Shown here one piece after another: positions 37,845 through 45,929 of a DNA stretch of 45,929 nucleotides. The notes under the pieces are model-generated. The model had not been told where the DNA came from, made no database searches, and worked only from the letters and a program-made list of their open reading frames with translations. Numbering within the stretch: position 1 is the stretch's first letter; each line of letters opens with the position of its first letter. Position numbers and translations under genes: made by a program. This DNA is from a virus: IMG/VR virus record IMGVR_UViG_3300022561_000003. The stretch is one strand, 5' to 3'.

Positions 37845-37997
37845 ATGCCAGCTAAAGGAAGTTATTGTGAAATGTGTTCTCATAGGGGAAAGAAAACAGA
37901 TATGGTTATGGATAAAGGCAGATATTTCTGCTCAAAGGAATGTGCTACATGGTATGAAAATACATATCTTAAGGATGAGGAGGTAAAAAAGAAATAA
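37845..37997 (+). CDS. 50-aa Cys-rich (TRASH/MYM-like) protein
   Basis: CEMC...YFCSKEC; RBS aaggag; TAATG overlap with next gene. Confidence 0.65.
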   Translation: MPAKGSYCEMCSHRGKKTDMVMDKGRYFCSKECATWYENTYLKDEEVKKK

Positions 37998-38950
37998 TGG
38001 GGAAAGTTAAAGATGATTTGACAGGACAAAGGTTTGGTAAATTAACGGTCATAAATAAAGTAGAAGGTTATATAGCTACAAATGGAAGTAAACCGACTAT
38101 GTTACATTGTGAATGCGATTGTGGCAAAGAAAAAGATATCCTTAAAGATAGTTTAACTTCAAACAAAACTAAGAGTTGTGGGTGTTTAAAAAAAGAGAAA
38201 GGAGATATAGATAGGAAAAGTTTAATTGGGATGAAATTTGGTAGATTGACTGTTCTATATCAAACAGATTATTATTTCTTGCCTTCTGGAAAAAGGGTTG
38301 CTCAGTGGTATTGTCAATGTGATTGTAATTTAGATAATCCAAACTTTGCTACTGCTTCTAGTGGTAGTTTACAAAGTGGAAATACAGCATCGTGTGGTTG
38401 TTTTGCTAAAGAACAGATATATAAGGCACATAAAAAATATAATTCTTATAATTTAAATGGAGATTGTGGAATAGGGCATACCTTTAAAGATGAACCATTT
38501 TTATTTGACTTAGAAGACTTCAATAAAATTAAAGAATATTGTTGGTGTTATGATAAGGATGGATATGTTATTACAAATAGTAACAATAAAACTATATGGA
38601 TGCATAGGTTAATAATGAGTCCTAAAGAAAATGAGGATGTTGATCATATATACCATGTACATCATGATAATAGGAAAAATGAATTAAGGTCAATTACTCG
38701 TTCTCAAAACCAAATGAATAAAGTTCTTTCAATTCATAATACAACTGGAATAAAAGGAGTACGATTTACAGGTAATCATAAACCTTGGAAAGCGTCTATA
38801 ACAATAGATGGTAAATGTGTACAAAAGGCTTTTAAAAATAGAGAAGATGCAATAGTTCATAGAATATATCTTGAAGAGAAATATCATGGTGAATATGCAC
38901 TTAAAGAAAAAGAACAACTGAACAATAATTTACAGGAGGTGACTATTTGA
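37997..38950 (+). CDS. HNH endonuclease with two N-terminal Cys-rich repeats and AP2-like C-terminus
   Basis: DLTGQRFGKLTV..CECDCG..KSCGC twice; MHRLIM..VDHIYH..DNRKNELR; TGIKGV. Confidence 0.9.
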   Translation: MGKVKDDLTGQRFGKLTVINKVEGYIATNGSKPTMLHCECDCGKEKDILKDSLTSNKTKSCGCLKKEKGDIDRKSLIGMKFGRLTVLYQTDYYFLPSGKRVAQWYCQCDCNLDNPNFATASSGSLQSGNTASCGCFAKEQIYKAHKKYNSYNLNGDCGIGHTFKDEPFLFDLEDFNKIKEYCWCYDKDGYVITNSNNKTIWMHRLIMSPKENEDVDHIYHVHHDNRKNELRSITRSQNQMNKVLSIHNTTGIKGVRFTGNHKPWKASITIDGKCVQKAFKNREDAIVHRIYLEEKYHGEYALKEKEQLNNNLQEVTI

Positions 38951-40569
38951 AAAAGCAATGGAATATAATTAATAAATGTCCATCAAGCGAAAACATGATT
39001 GAAAATATTTTGACTGCACGTGGAATATTAGATATTAAACATTTTCTAAATCCTATCCCCTCAGATTTAATACCTATTGATAAATTAATAAACATGGATA
39101 AATCAGTGGAAATAATAACTGAAGGTATAAAAGATAATAAAAGATTTACAATATTTTATGACGCTGCCGATGTTGATGGAATTGCAAGTGGTACAATTAT
39201 GAGAAAATATTTAGCGAACTTTACTGATAAAGTAGAATATGTTTTCGGGCTTGGTAAAAAACATGGTTTGAAATGTATAGACTTAGATAAAGTAATTGAG
39301 ATAACAGATATTCTTATAATAGTAGATTCTTCTACAGGAGATCATGAGCAACAAAATTATCTTCAATCTAATGGAGTAACAGTAATTATATATGACCATC
39401 ATCCAGAACCTATAAATCCTAATGTTTGTACAGTAAGTAGCCAGTATTTATATCCTAATAGTCAATTAAGTGGCTCAGGGGTTACGTGGAAGGCTTGTTT
39501 AGCATTAGATAATGCTTTGGGTACAAATTATGCTCTTGATTATATTGATCTTGCAGCGATAGGAATATTAGCAGATGTATCAAGTATAGGAGAAAAATAT
39601 ATGGAAAACAGACTCCTTGTCAGCTTAGGCATGAAAAACTTAAAAAATACAGCAATCAAGATTATATTGGGATCCTACGATTTTAACTCTCAGAGTGTGT
39701 TATTCTCAATTGCACCATTAATCAATAGCTCGGCAAGGTTATCTAAAAATCAGCTAGTAATTGATTTTATGATGGAGGATGATAAGAAAAAAGCCAAGAA
39801 ATTATATAATCAATTGGTGGAAATAAAAGAGGAACAGAAAATTCTAGTTGATATAGCTACTAAAAGTCTTACTGAACAAATAGAAAAACAAGATTATGTA
39901 AACAATAAAGTAGTATATGGTTTTGTAAATGTAGGTGAGCTAACTGGGTTAATTGGTAGTAAGCTTTGTGAAGCATATGGCAAACCTGCAATAATATTAA
40001 AAACTCCTATAGTTGGAGCTTCAAAGTTAACCGGCTCAATAAGGGCTGTTGGAATTGATAACTTTAAATCTCTCATCAACAATTCAGGTTTAGGAAAGGC
40101 CTATGGTCACGAAAGTGCAGCAGGAGTATTTATTCAAGTTGACAGTCTTCAGCCTCTATTAGAAAAGTTGAATGAAGTTCTAAAAGATGTAGAATTTAAA
40201 ACAGAAGAGGATATTGATATTCAACTCGAACCAGAAGAAATAACTACAGAGTTAATTAAACAAATGGAAAAGGTTAATAGATTAACAGGGAAAGACTTCA
40301 AGCCTATAACAGTTTATATAGAGGGTGTAGAGCCTCAAAATGTGAGCAATATGAAAGCTGGTCAACATACGAAATTCGATGCGGAGGATTTAGAGTGCAT
40401 AAAATGGAATTCTCAGCTACATGAAGATTTAAAATATACAAAAGGGATATACAATCGAATGGATATATTTGGAACGTTAACTTTAGGTAATTTTCGTGGA
40501 GTTAAAACTAAACAAGTAATTATTCAGGATACAAGAAATTTGGAGCAGAATTTAGAATTCTTCAGATAA
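38947..40569 (+). CDS. recJ: RecJ-like DHH ssDNA exonuclease
   Basis: DADVDG-like motif, IIVDS, YDHH, LSGSGV, LADV, GSIR, GHESAAG. Confidence 0.9.
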   Translation: MKKQWNIINKCPSSENMIENILTARGILDIKHFLNPIPSDLIPIDKLINMDKSVEIITEGIKDNKRFTIFYDAADVDGIASGTIMRKYLANFTDKVEYVFGLGKKHGLKCIDLDKVIEITDILIIVDSSTGDHEQQNYLQSNGVTVIIYDHHPEPINPNVCTVSSQYLYPNSQLSGSGVTWKACLALDNALGTNYALDYIDLAAIGILADVSSIGEKYMENRLLVSLGMKNLKNTAIKIILGSYDFNSQSVLFSIAPLINSSARLSKNQLVIDFMMEDDKKKAKKLYNQLVEIKEEQKILVDIATKSLTEQIEKQDYVNNKVVYGFVNVGELTGLIGSKLCEAYGKPAIILKTPIVGASKLTGSIRAVGIDNFKSLINNSGLGKAYGHESAAGVFIQVDSLQPLLEKLNEVLKDVEFKTEEDIDIQLEPEEITTELIKQMEKVNRLTGKDFKPITVYIEGVEPQNVSNMKAGQHTKFDAEDLECIKWNSQLHEDLKYTKGIYNRMDIFGTLTLGNFRGVKTKQVIIQDTRNLEQNLEFFR

Positions 40570-40593
40570 TAATTTATAGGAGGTAATAAAAAT

Positions 40594-40854
40594 ATGGATA
40601 TTGAGAAACAATTATTTGAAATATTTCAAACTAAAAATAATAAATATGATTTATATATAACTCTTGTAAAGTTTTGCAAGAATTTAGAAAATGATACTAG
40701 AGGAGAGGAAAATTCTGAATTTTATTTAAAAGTAACAGAATTACAAAATAGCATTAACAATGCAGGATGGGAAGAAAGGCATTCGGAACAAATAAGTTAT
40801 TTAAATAAATTACAAGGTGAAATTTCAGATAAATATGAAGATTATTTGTACTAA
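40594..40854 (+). CDS. hypothetical phage protein
   Basis: RBS aggaggt. Confidence 0.7.
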   Translation: MDIEKQLFEIFQTKNNKYDLYITLVKFCKNLENDTRGEENSEFYLKVTELQNSINNAGWEERHSEQISYLNKLQGEISDKYEDYLY

Positions 40855-40914
40855 AACAGTAATAATTTAAAATAACCTTTTTATAAGAATTAATAATAAC
40901 AGAGGAGTGATATT

Positions 40915-41472
40915 GTGTCAGCAACAAATAGAGGAACAGTTCGAGCAACAGCAGATTTTTACGCTACACCAGAAAAAGTGATTCATAATTTATTAAATCA
41001 TTATAAAATAAAAGATGGTGAAATACTAGAGCCATCCGCAGGTAATGGTAACTTTACTAAGGTGATAAAAGAAAGAGAAGGAGATAAAGTGTTTATTACT
41101 TCGCTAGAATTAAGAGAAGAAGAATCTGAAAATCTTAAAGAATATAGTGATAATGTCATAATAACAGATTTCCTAAAATTCAAGACTAATAAAAAATACG
41201 GAACCATCATAGGTAATCCACCTTATAGTTTAGCAATGGAATTTATAGAACATTGTTTTGAAATAGGTGATGAGAATACAGAAATAATTATGTTGCTCAG
41301 AACTGCATTTTTAGAAAGTAAAAAGAGATATGATTTCTGGCAGAAACATCCTGTTAACGGATTATATGTTCTAAGTCAAAGACCATCATTTACTGGTCAT
41401 GGTACAGATGCTACATCTTATGCATTCTTTGTATGGAATAATAGTGGGAAACAAGAAATAAAAGTTATATAA
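40915..41472 (+). CDS. small DNA N6-adenine methyltransferase
   Basis: DFYATP, ILEPSAGNG, IIGNPPY. Confidence 0.88.
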   Translation: MSATNRGTVRATADFYATPEKVIHNLLNHYKIKDGEILEPSAGNGNFTKVIKEREGDKVFITSLELREEESENLKEYSDNVIITDFLKFKTNKKYGTIIGNPPYSLAMEFIEHCFEIGDENTEIIMLLRTAFLESKKRYDFWQKHPVNGLYVLSQRPSFTGHGTDATSYAFFVWNNSGKQEIKVI

Positions 41473-41475
41473 CTC

Positions 41476-41504
41476 TTGACAACTAAATAATAATTTGGTA
41501 AGAT
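41476..41504 (+). promoter_or_regulatory. sigma-A promoter overlapped by operator-like motif
   Basis: TTGACA-17-TAAGAT with extended TG; ACAACTAAATAATAATT 41479-41495. Confidence 0.8.
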
Positions 41505-41599
41505 ATACACAAGGAGTTAATCATAAGGAAAGGAGGATAAATATCCAATAAAATTTAACTTTTATATGATGATTAAATAATAATTTTAGGAGGTCATGT

Positions 41600-41866
41600 A
41601 TGAGACTGATTAAAATAAATTCTAGATACACTTATGAAATTGAAAGTGACTATCAAATCGGAGAAAAAATTATATTCACAGATAAATGTGGATTAAAGGG
41701 AGAGGAAGGAACTATAGTCGGAATCGTTGGATTTGAAGAACATTGTGAATATGTTATTTTATATAGCCACAAAATTAGAGGCGGGATAGGTCAAGCTTGT
41801 CTTTGTAAAATGGGAGATGAGAGTGCAATATTTTCATCGCCACAAATAATACCAAATAATAATTAA
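41600..41866 (+). CDS. hypothetical phage protein
   Basis: RBS aggaggt. Confidence 0.7.
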   Translation: MRLIKINSRYTYEIESDYQIGEKIIFTDKCGLKGEEGTIVGIVGFEEHCEYVILYSHKIRGGIGQACLCKMGDESAIFSSPQIIPNNN

Positions 41867-41880
41867 GGAGGGTTTATATT

Positions 41881-42060
41881 ATGAAAAGATTCGTTGTTGA
41901 AATGGCAATAGGATTTGGTGCAAGTTTAGAGGTAGAAGCAGAAAACTATGAAGATGCTGTTAGCAAGGCTAAACAAGAGGTAAGAGATAATCCATCAGAA
42001 TATATGGATGAAGTAGAAATTGAAGGAATAAATTTTGTAAGAGAAATTGAGAGGAGGTAA
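41881..42060 (+). CDS. hypothetical 59-aa protein (VEAENYEDAV..AK motif)
   Basis: RBS aaggagg; not in ORF track. Confidence 0.7.
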   Translation: MKRFVVEMAIGFGASLEVEAENYEDAVSKAKQEVRDNPSEYMDEVEIEGINFVREIERR

Positions 42061-42064
42061 TATT

Positions 42065-42337
42065 ATGTTAACAATGAAAGATTTAGAACAATGTTTTAGA
42101 GATGCGAGGTTTATGAATTCTCTATATGTTGGAATACAAATAGAAACAAGAGGTTCTGAAGGATTGGAAACAATTATTAATCCAAGTGAGAATTTTGATG
42201 CTAAACTGGAATATTATAAATCAGCTTATACAAATGAATTAGTATTAAATAAATTTGATGGAATCAAAATAGTAAACTTTGGATTTGGAGACTGTTATGA
42301 TGAACTCGAATGTCAATTTGAAAATATAGAGAACTAA
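42065..42337 (+). CDS. hypothetical phage protein
   Basis: RBS aggaggt favours ATG 42065. Confidence 0.7.
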   Translation: MLTMKDLEQCFRDARFMNSLYVGIQIETRGSEGLETIINPSENFDAKLEYYKSAYTNELVLNKFDGIKIVNFGFGDCYDELECQFENIEN

Positions 42338-42361
42338 AAATAAAATATGACGGAGGTATTT

Positions 42362-45300
42362 ATGCAAATAGTTAAAAGAGATGGTAGAGAGATAGGGTTT
42401 CAAAAGGGTAAAATTGTTGAAGCAATAGTAAAATCTATGAATGAAACTAAGAAAGGAATAGATGTAGACTTAGCTAATAAAATTTCAGAGTCTATATCTA
42501 AAATAAATAAAGAAAACTTATCTGTAGAAGATATTCAAGATTTAGTTGAACAAAAACTCATGAAGTCCAATCGTAAAGATGTAGCTAAACAATATATATC
42601 TTATAGAAGTGAAAGAACTAGAATGAGAGAAATTAATAATGAAATAAATACAAAGATAAAAAAAATAGTTGCCTGTTCAGATGTTCAAAATGCTAATGCA
42701 AATGTAGATGAACATTCTTTTGGTGGAAGAAAATTTGAAAGTGCTGGAGTAATTCATAAGAAAATAGGATTAGAAATGATGAGACCAGAAACGGCATTAG
42801 CTCATAAAGAAAATAGGGTTTATCAACATGATTTAGATTCTTATGACATAGGAATGCATAATTGTTTGTTTTTAGACATGGAGAGAGTTTTGAATAATGG
42901 ATTTGAAACTAGGAATGGAGATGTAAGACCTGCAAGTTCATATAGTACGGCTTGTCAACTAGTTGCAGTAGCTTTCCAGGTACAAAGTCAAGTGCAATTT
43001 GGAGGTTGTGGATCTGCTCACATTGATTATGATTTAAAACCATTTGTTAAGAAATCATTTATAAAGCACTTTAAGGATGGACTTAAATATATAGACGAAT
43101 TAGAACAATATGAGATTGATAATATAATAGAAACAAATGATGTACAATTATCTAATTTAGAATTAGAACAAAACTTTAAAAAATCATTTAAATATGCCTT
43201 AGAAAAAACAGATAAGGAAGGATTACAAGCATCTCAAGGATTATATCATAATCTGAATACATTAGAATCAAGAGCTGGAAGCCAAGTACCTTTTACTTCA
43301 ATTAACTTTGGAAGAGATAAAACTCCAGAAGGTAGAAAAGTTACAGAATGGATGTTGAAGTCATCAATTGATGGTATAGGTAAGAATCACAGAACAAGTA
43401 TATTCCCTATATCTATATTCCAATATAAAAAAGGTGAAAATGATAAAGTAGGAACTCCTAATTACGATTTAAAAAAACTAGCGATAAAGTCACTTACTAA
43501 GAGAATATATCCTAATATAGTTAACTGTGACTACACTCAAAATATAGAAGATATAAATAGTCCAGATACATCTATGGCAACAATGGGGTGTGTAGATGGA
43601 GAAGAGATAATTACTTATAAATATAAAGACTTATTGTTTATAGAAAGTTTTAAAAGAATGTGGGATAGACTATCTAAAGATTTTGAGGTTAAAGAACAAC
43701 AATTAAATAATAATTTTTATATAGATTTAAATAACGTATTGATTTACGACACGAATAAAGGATTTGTAGACACAAAGAGGATAATCAAAAATCAAGATAA
43801 AGGAGATTGGAACAGAGTTAAATTCTCGAATGGAAGAAGTTTATTAGCTACATCAGATCATCCTTTGCCTATTGAAAAAAAGGGAAGAGTTTTTGTTAAA
43901 GATTTAATAGTTGGAGACAAAATACAAATTAATCAGAATCAATATAGTGAAACTAATATAGAATATTCTCAAGATAAAGCATGGTTACTTGGATTTCTAT
44001 TATGCGATGGTTGTTATGATATGCAACTAAGTTCTTCAATTGCTTTGACCGGTGAGGATGACATAGAGGAAAATTATAGAAGAATATTTAAAGAAATTTA
44101 TGACTTAAATGTAGAAACAGTTGTTTGGAATAGGGGCGCAAGAGGAGATTATAAAGAATTAAAAGTTAGAACCGGAAACTATAAAGCAGTTGAATTAGAG
44201 CTGTTAGAAGTGTTTGGAGGAAAGCAAAAAATATATAGACAAATACCAAACGAAGTTTTTTCATGGAATAGAGAATCTAAATTGTCATTTCTAGCAGGAA
44301 TGATTGATGCAGATGGATATATTAACAGCACTGGACATAGTGGAACAATAGTACAAATAGGTAGTACAAATAAAGAATTAGCATTGCAGACTGCTGCATT
44401 ATCCCAAAGTTTAGGAATACCTACAAAAACTTACTTAAACCATTATACTTCCAAAGATAAAAGTAAAATAAGATATAGAGTTGAGTTTTCTGCGACAATA
44501 GAATTATTAAATTATATGGCTTGTAATAAAAAAATCGACTGTTTTACTAGAGAGGCAAACACAACAAAAACTAATGTTGCAGTAGTTGTATCAGTAGAAA
44601 TGTTAGGTAATTTAAATAAATATAGTTATGACGTTACTACTGAAAGTGATTTCTTTGAAGTTAGTGGAATATGCAACCATAATTGTAGAACGATGATAGG
44701 AGCAGATAGACATGGATTAGGATACTCTAAAATAGGAAGAGGTAATGTAGCTCCTGTAACTATGGATTTACCTAAGATTGGTATTAAACATGGTATATGT
44801 CTTGGAGAAAGAACTGAAGCTGATTTAGAAGGATTTTGGAAAGAATTTGATGAAGTATTGGGAATAGCATCTCAAAGTTTAGTTGATAGATTCTATCATA
44901 TTTGTAGTCAAAATTATAGGTCAGCACCATTTATGTATACAAATGGAACAATAGCAGATTTCGATAAAGTAATAGATAAAGGAATTTATGAAGCTATGAG
45001 ACATGGAACTTTAGCTATGGGATACATTGGAATTGCAGAAATGTGTCAAGCTTTATTTGGTAAAAACCACGCAGAGGATAAAGAAGTTCATAAGTTTGCC
45101 TTAAGTGTAGTAAAATATATCTCTGAATACACTAAGAAGGTAAGTGAGGTATATAATTTAAACTTTAGTTGTTATGCTTCTCCAGCAGAAAATACCTGTA
45201 AAACAATGATGCAAGGACTACAAAAGGAATTTGGAATGATTGAGAATGTTACCTCAAGAGCTTATTTAACTAATTCACATCATATTCCAGTATGGCAAAA

Positions 45301-45670
45301 GGTTTCTATCTTTGAAAAGTTAAATCTTGAAGCTCCATTCTGTCGATATCCTACTGGTGGTTGCATTACATATGTTGAATTAGATAGTGCAATAATTAAA
45401 AATGAGAAGGCAATAGAGGATATAATAGATTATGCTATGTCATTAGATATACCTTACTTAGCTTTTAACTTTCCAATAGATACTTGCTTAGACTGTGGTT
45501 ATCAAGGAGAATTTAATGACAAGTGTTTAGTATGTGGAAGTGCAAATATTCAGCAACTTAGAAGAGTAACAGGGTATTTGACAACAGACTATAAGAATTT
45601 TAATGCAGGCAAAATTGCAGAAGTAGAAGATAGGATAAAACACAGTAAATATACCGATTTTGGAGAATAG
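42362..45670 (+). CDS. nrdD: anaerobic (class III) ribonucleoside-triphosphate reductase with ATP cone, intein-interrupted
   Basis: IVKRDG ATP cone, HDLD, HNC, SRAGSQVPF, MG|CRT, PAE, CLDC..CLVC, glycyl radical RRVTGYL; RBS ggagg favours ATG 42362. Confidence 0.97.
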   Translation: MQIVKRDGREIGFQKGKIVEAIVKSMNETKKGIDVDLANKISESISKINKENLSVEDIQDLVEQKLMKSNRKDVAKQYISYRSERTRMREINNEINTKIKKIVACSDVQNANANVDEHSFGGRKFESAGVIHKKIGLEMMRPETALAHKENRVYQHDLDSYDIGMHNCLFLDMERVLNNGFETRNGDVRPASSYSTACQLVAVAFQVQSQVQFGGCGSAHIDYDLKPFVKKSFIKHFKDGLKYIDELEQYEIDNIIETNDVQLSNLELEQNFKKSFKYALEKTDKEGLQASQGLYHNLNTLESRAGSQVPFTSINFGRDKTPEGRKVTEWMLKSSIDGIGKNHRTSIFPISIFQYKKGENDKVGTPNYDLKKLAIKSLTKRIYPNIVNCDYTQNIEDINSPDTSMATMGCVDGEEIITYKYKDLLFIESFKRMWDRLSKDFEVKEQQLNNNFYIDLNNVLIYDTNKGFVDTKRIIKNQDKGDWNRVKFSNGRSLLATSDHPLPIEKKGRVFVKDLIVGDKIQINQNQYSETNIEYSQDKAWLLGFLLCDGCYDMQLSSSIALTGEDDIEENYRRIFKEIYDLNVETVVWNRGARGDYKELKVRTGNYKAVELELLEVFGGKQKIYRQIPNEVFSWNRESKLSFLAGMIDADGYINSTGHSGTIVQIGSTNKELALQTAALSQSLGIPTKTYLNHYTSKDKSKIRYRVEFSATIELLNYMACNKKIDCFTREANTTKTNVAVVVSVEMLGNLNKYSYDVTTESDFFEVSGICNHNCRTMIGADRHGLGYSKIGRGNVAPVTMDLPKIGIKHGICLGERTEADLEGFWKEFDEVLGIASQSLVDRFYHICSQNYRSAPFMYTNGTIADFDKVIDKGIYEAMRHGTLAMGYIGIAEMCQALFGKNHAEDKEVHKFALSVVKYISEYTKKVSEVYNLNFSCYASPAENTCKTMMQGLQKEFGMIENVTSRAYLTNSHHIPVWQKVSIFEKLNLEAPFCRYPTGGCITYVELDSAIIKNEKAIEDIIDYAMSLDIPYLAFNFPIDTCLDCGYQGEFNDKCLVCGSANIQQLRRVTGYLTTDYKNFNAGKIAEVEDRIKHSKYTDFGE
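43589..44683 (+). mobile_element. 365-aa intein with LAGLIDADG homing endonuclease
   Basis: Starts CVDGEE after TMG, block B ATSDHP, LLGFLLCDG and FLAGMIDADG, ends YDVTT...HN before C(+1)RT. Confidence 0.95.
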
Positions 45671-45672
45671 TT

Positions 45673-45929
45673 ATGTATATCAGTGGAATACAATATGAAA
45701 GTATTGTAGATGGAGAAGGATTAAGACTAACAATGTTTGTAAGTGGATGTAAATGGAATTGTGAAGGTTGTCATAACCCTAAAACTCATAGCTTTGTTAA
45801 TGGTAAATGTTTTGATATAAAGTTACAAAATCATATTATAGATTATATTCAAAACAATCCTATGATAAAAGGTATTACATTATCTGGTGGAGATCCAATG
45901 TTCTCAGCAAAAGAATTAATTGAATTTGT
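45673..45929 (+). CDS. nrdG: anaerobic RNR activating enzyme (radical SAM), truncated by window end
   Basis: ESIVDGEGLR..FVSGCKWNCEGCHNP...GITLSGGDP. Confidence 0.93.
   Translation, partial: MYISGIQYESIVDGEGLRLTMFVSGCKWNCEGCHNPKTHSFVNGKCFDIKLQNHIIDYIQNNPMIKGITLSGGDPMFSAKELIEF

Larger units (their letters stand above)
1607..41564. repeat. dispersed palindromic site TAAAA-N6-TTTTA (extended ATCTWWTAAAA-N6-TTTTAWWAGAT) at gene boundaries
   Basis: Exact cores at 1607, 1839, 5868, 12969, 13566, 13801, 14104, 16520, 19449, 22414, 33709, 34029, 34141, 35474, 40868, 41549; variants at 4480, 4683, 4903, 12134, 16194, 22169. Confidence 0.85.
32..43715 (+). repeat. dispersed 17-bp motif ACAAYTRAAYAATAATT (putative repressor operator)
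   Basis: Exact at 32, 15331, 15583, 21517, 22472, 23877, 27711, 34059, 34170, 35445, 37812, 38914, 41479, 43699; near matches at 951, 2528, 5191, 8267, 9460, 11138, 11579, 14363, 14578, 19509, 19775, 21957, 32706, 33139. Confidence 0.9.
1..45929 (+). mobile_element. Segment of a large temperate (SPbeta-like) Firmicute phage/prophage: early, regulatory and replication region
   Basis: Uniform + strand, dense small hypothetical ORFs, BRO protein, recombinases, phage-type DnaB/primase/DnaE/RecJ/LigA/NrdDG, HNH endonucleases; gene set resembles the SPbeta yor/yos region. Confidence 0.85.

Noticed and set aside
4699-41210. All minus-strand ORFs in the track (e.g. 4699..5013, 8670..9008, 14623..14973, 17124..17360, 32831..33097)
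   Set aside because: They are antisense shadows of + strand genes with good RBSs and show no recognisable motifs
1607-41564. TAAAA-N6-TTTTA sites as rho-independent terminators
   Set aside because: All-AT 5-bp stems are too weak, loop length is fixed at 6 while sequence varies, and sites sit inside apparent operons; a transcription-factor site remains a possible alternative
32-43715. 17-mer and TAAAA-N6-TTTTA repeats as a CRISPR array
   Set aside because: Copies are dispersed at irregular, gene-sized distances, with no regular spacers and no cas genes
1-45929. tRNA/rRNA genes, group I/II introns, prophage att sites
   Set aside because: None seen; dnaE, nrdD and ligA frames are continuous and no host-phage junction is visible in the window

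Overview
This is an AT-rich segment of a large temperate Firmicute phage or prophage, probably from a Clostridium-like host, with SPbeta-like gene content. Every credible gene is on the + strand. (i) 1-6.2 kb: short hypothetical 'early' genes separated by long hairpins. (ii) 6.2-11.6 kb: a candidate lysis/lysogeny control locus. It holds a PemK/MazF-domain protein fused to a TPR-like helical region, directly followed by an unannotated 47-aa secreted-propeptide gene (RRNPP/arbitrium-like layout). Next come an intact XerC/D-type tyrosine recombinase and a catalytically degenerate recombinase-fold protein resembling the SPbeta repressor MrpR/YopR. (iii) 11.6-22.4 kb: accessory mini-genes, a BRO antirepressor and an NAD-dependent DNA ligase. 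(iv) 22.6-45.9 kb: replication and nucleotide metabolism, with an AAA_24/Sak4-like ATPase, DnaB-like helicase, primase, DnaE, 3D-domain protein, C5- and N6-methyltransferases, RecJ, three HNH/AP2-type endonucleases, intein-containing NrdD and partial NrdG. Two dispersed DNA motifs run through the whole window. One is a 17-mer, ACAAYTRAAYAATAATT (14 exact copies plus many near copies), often overlapping sigma-A promoters and probably a master-repressor operator. The other is a palindromic 11-6-11 dif-like site with core TAAAA-N6-TTTTA (16 exact cores plus variants) lying at the boundaries of single small genes, which suggests a recombinase-driven gene-cassette system. All assignments come from reading the sequence by eye; no searches were run.
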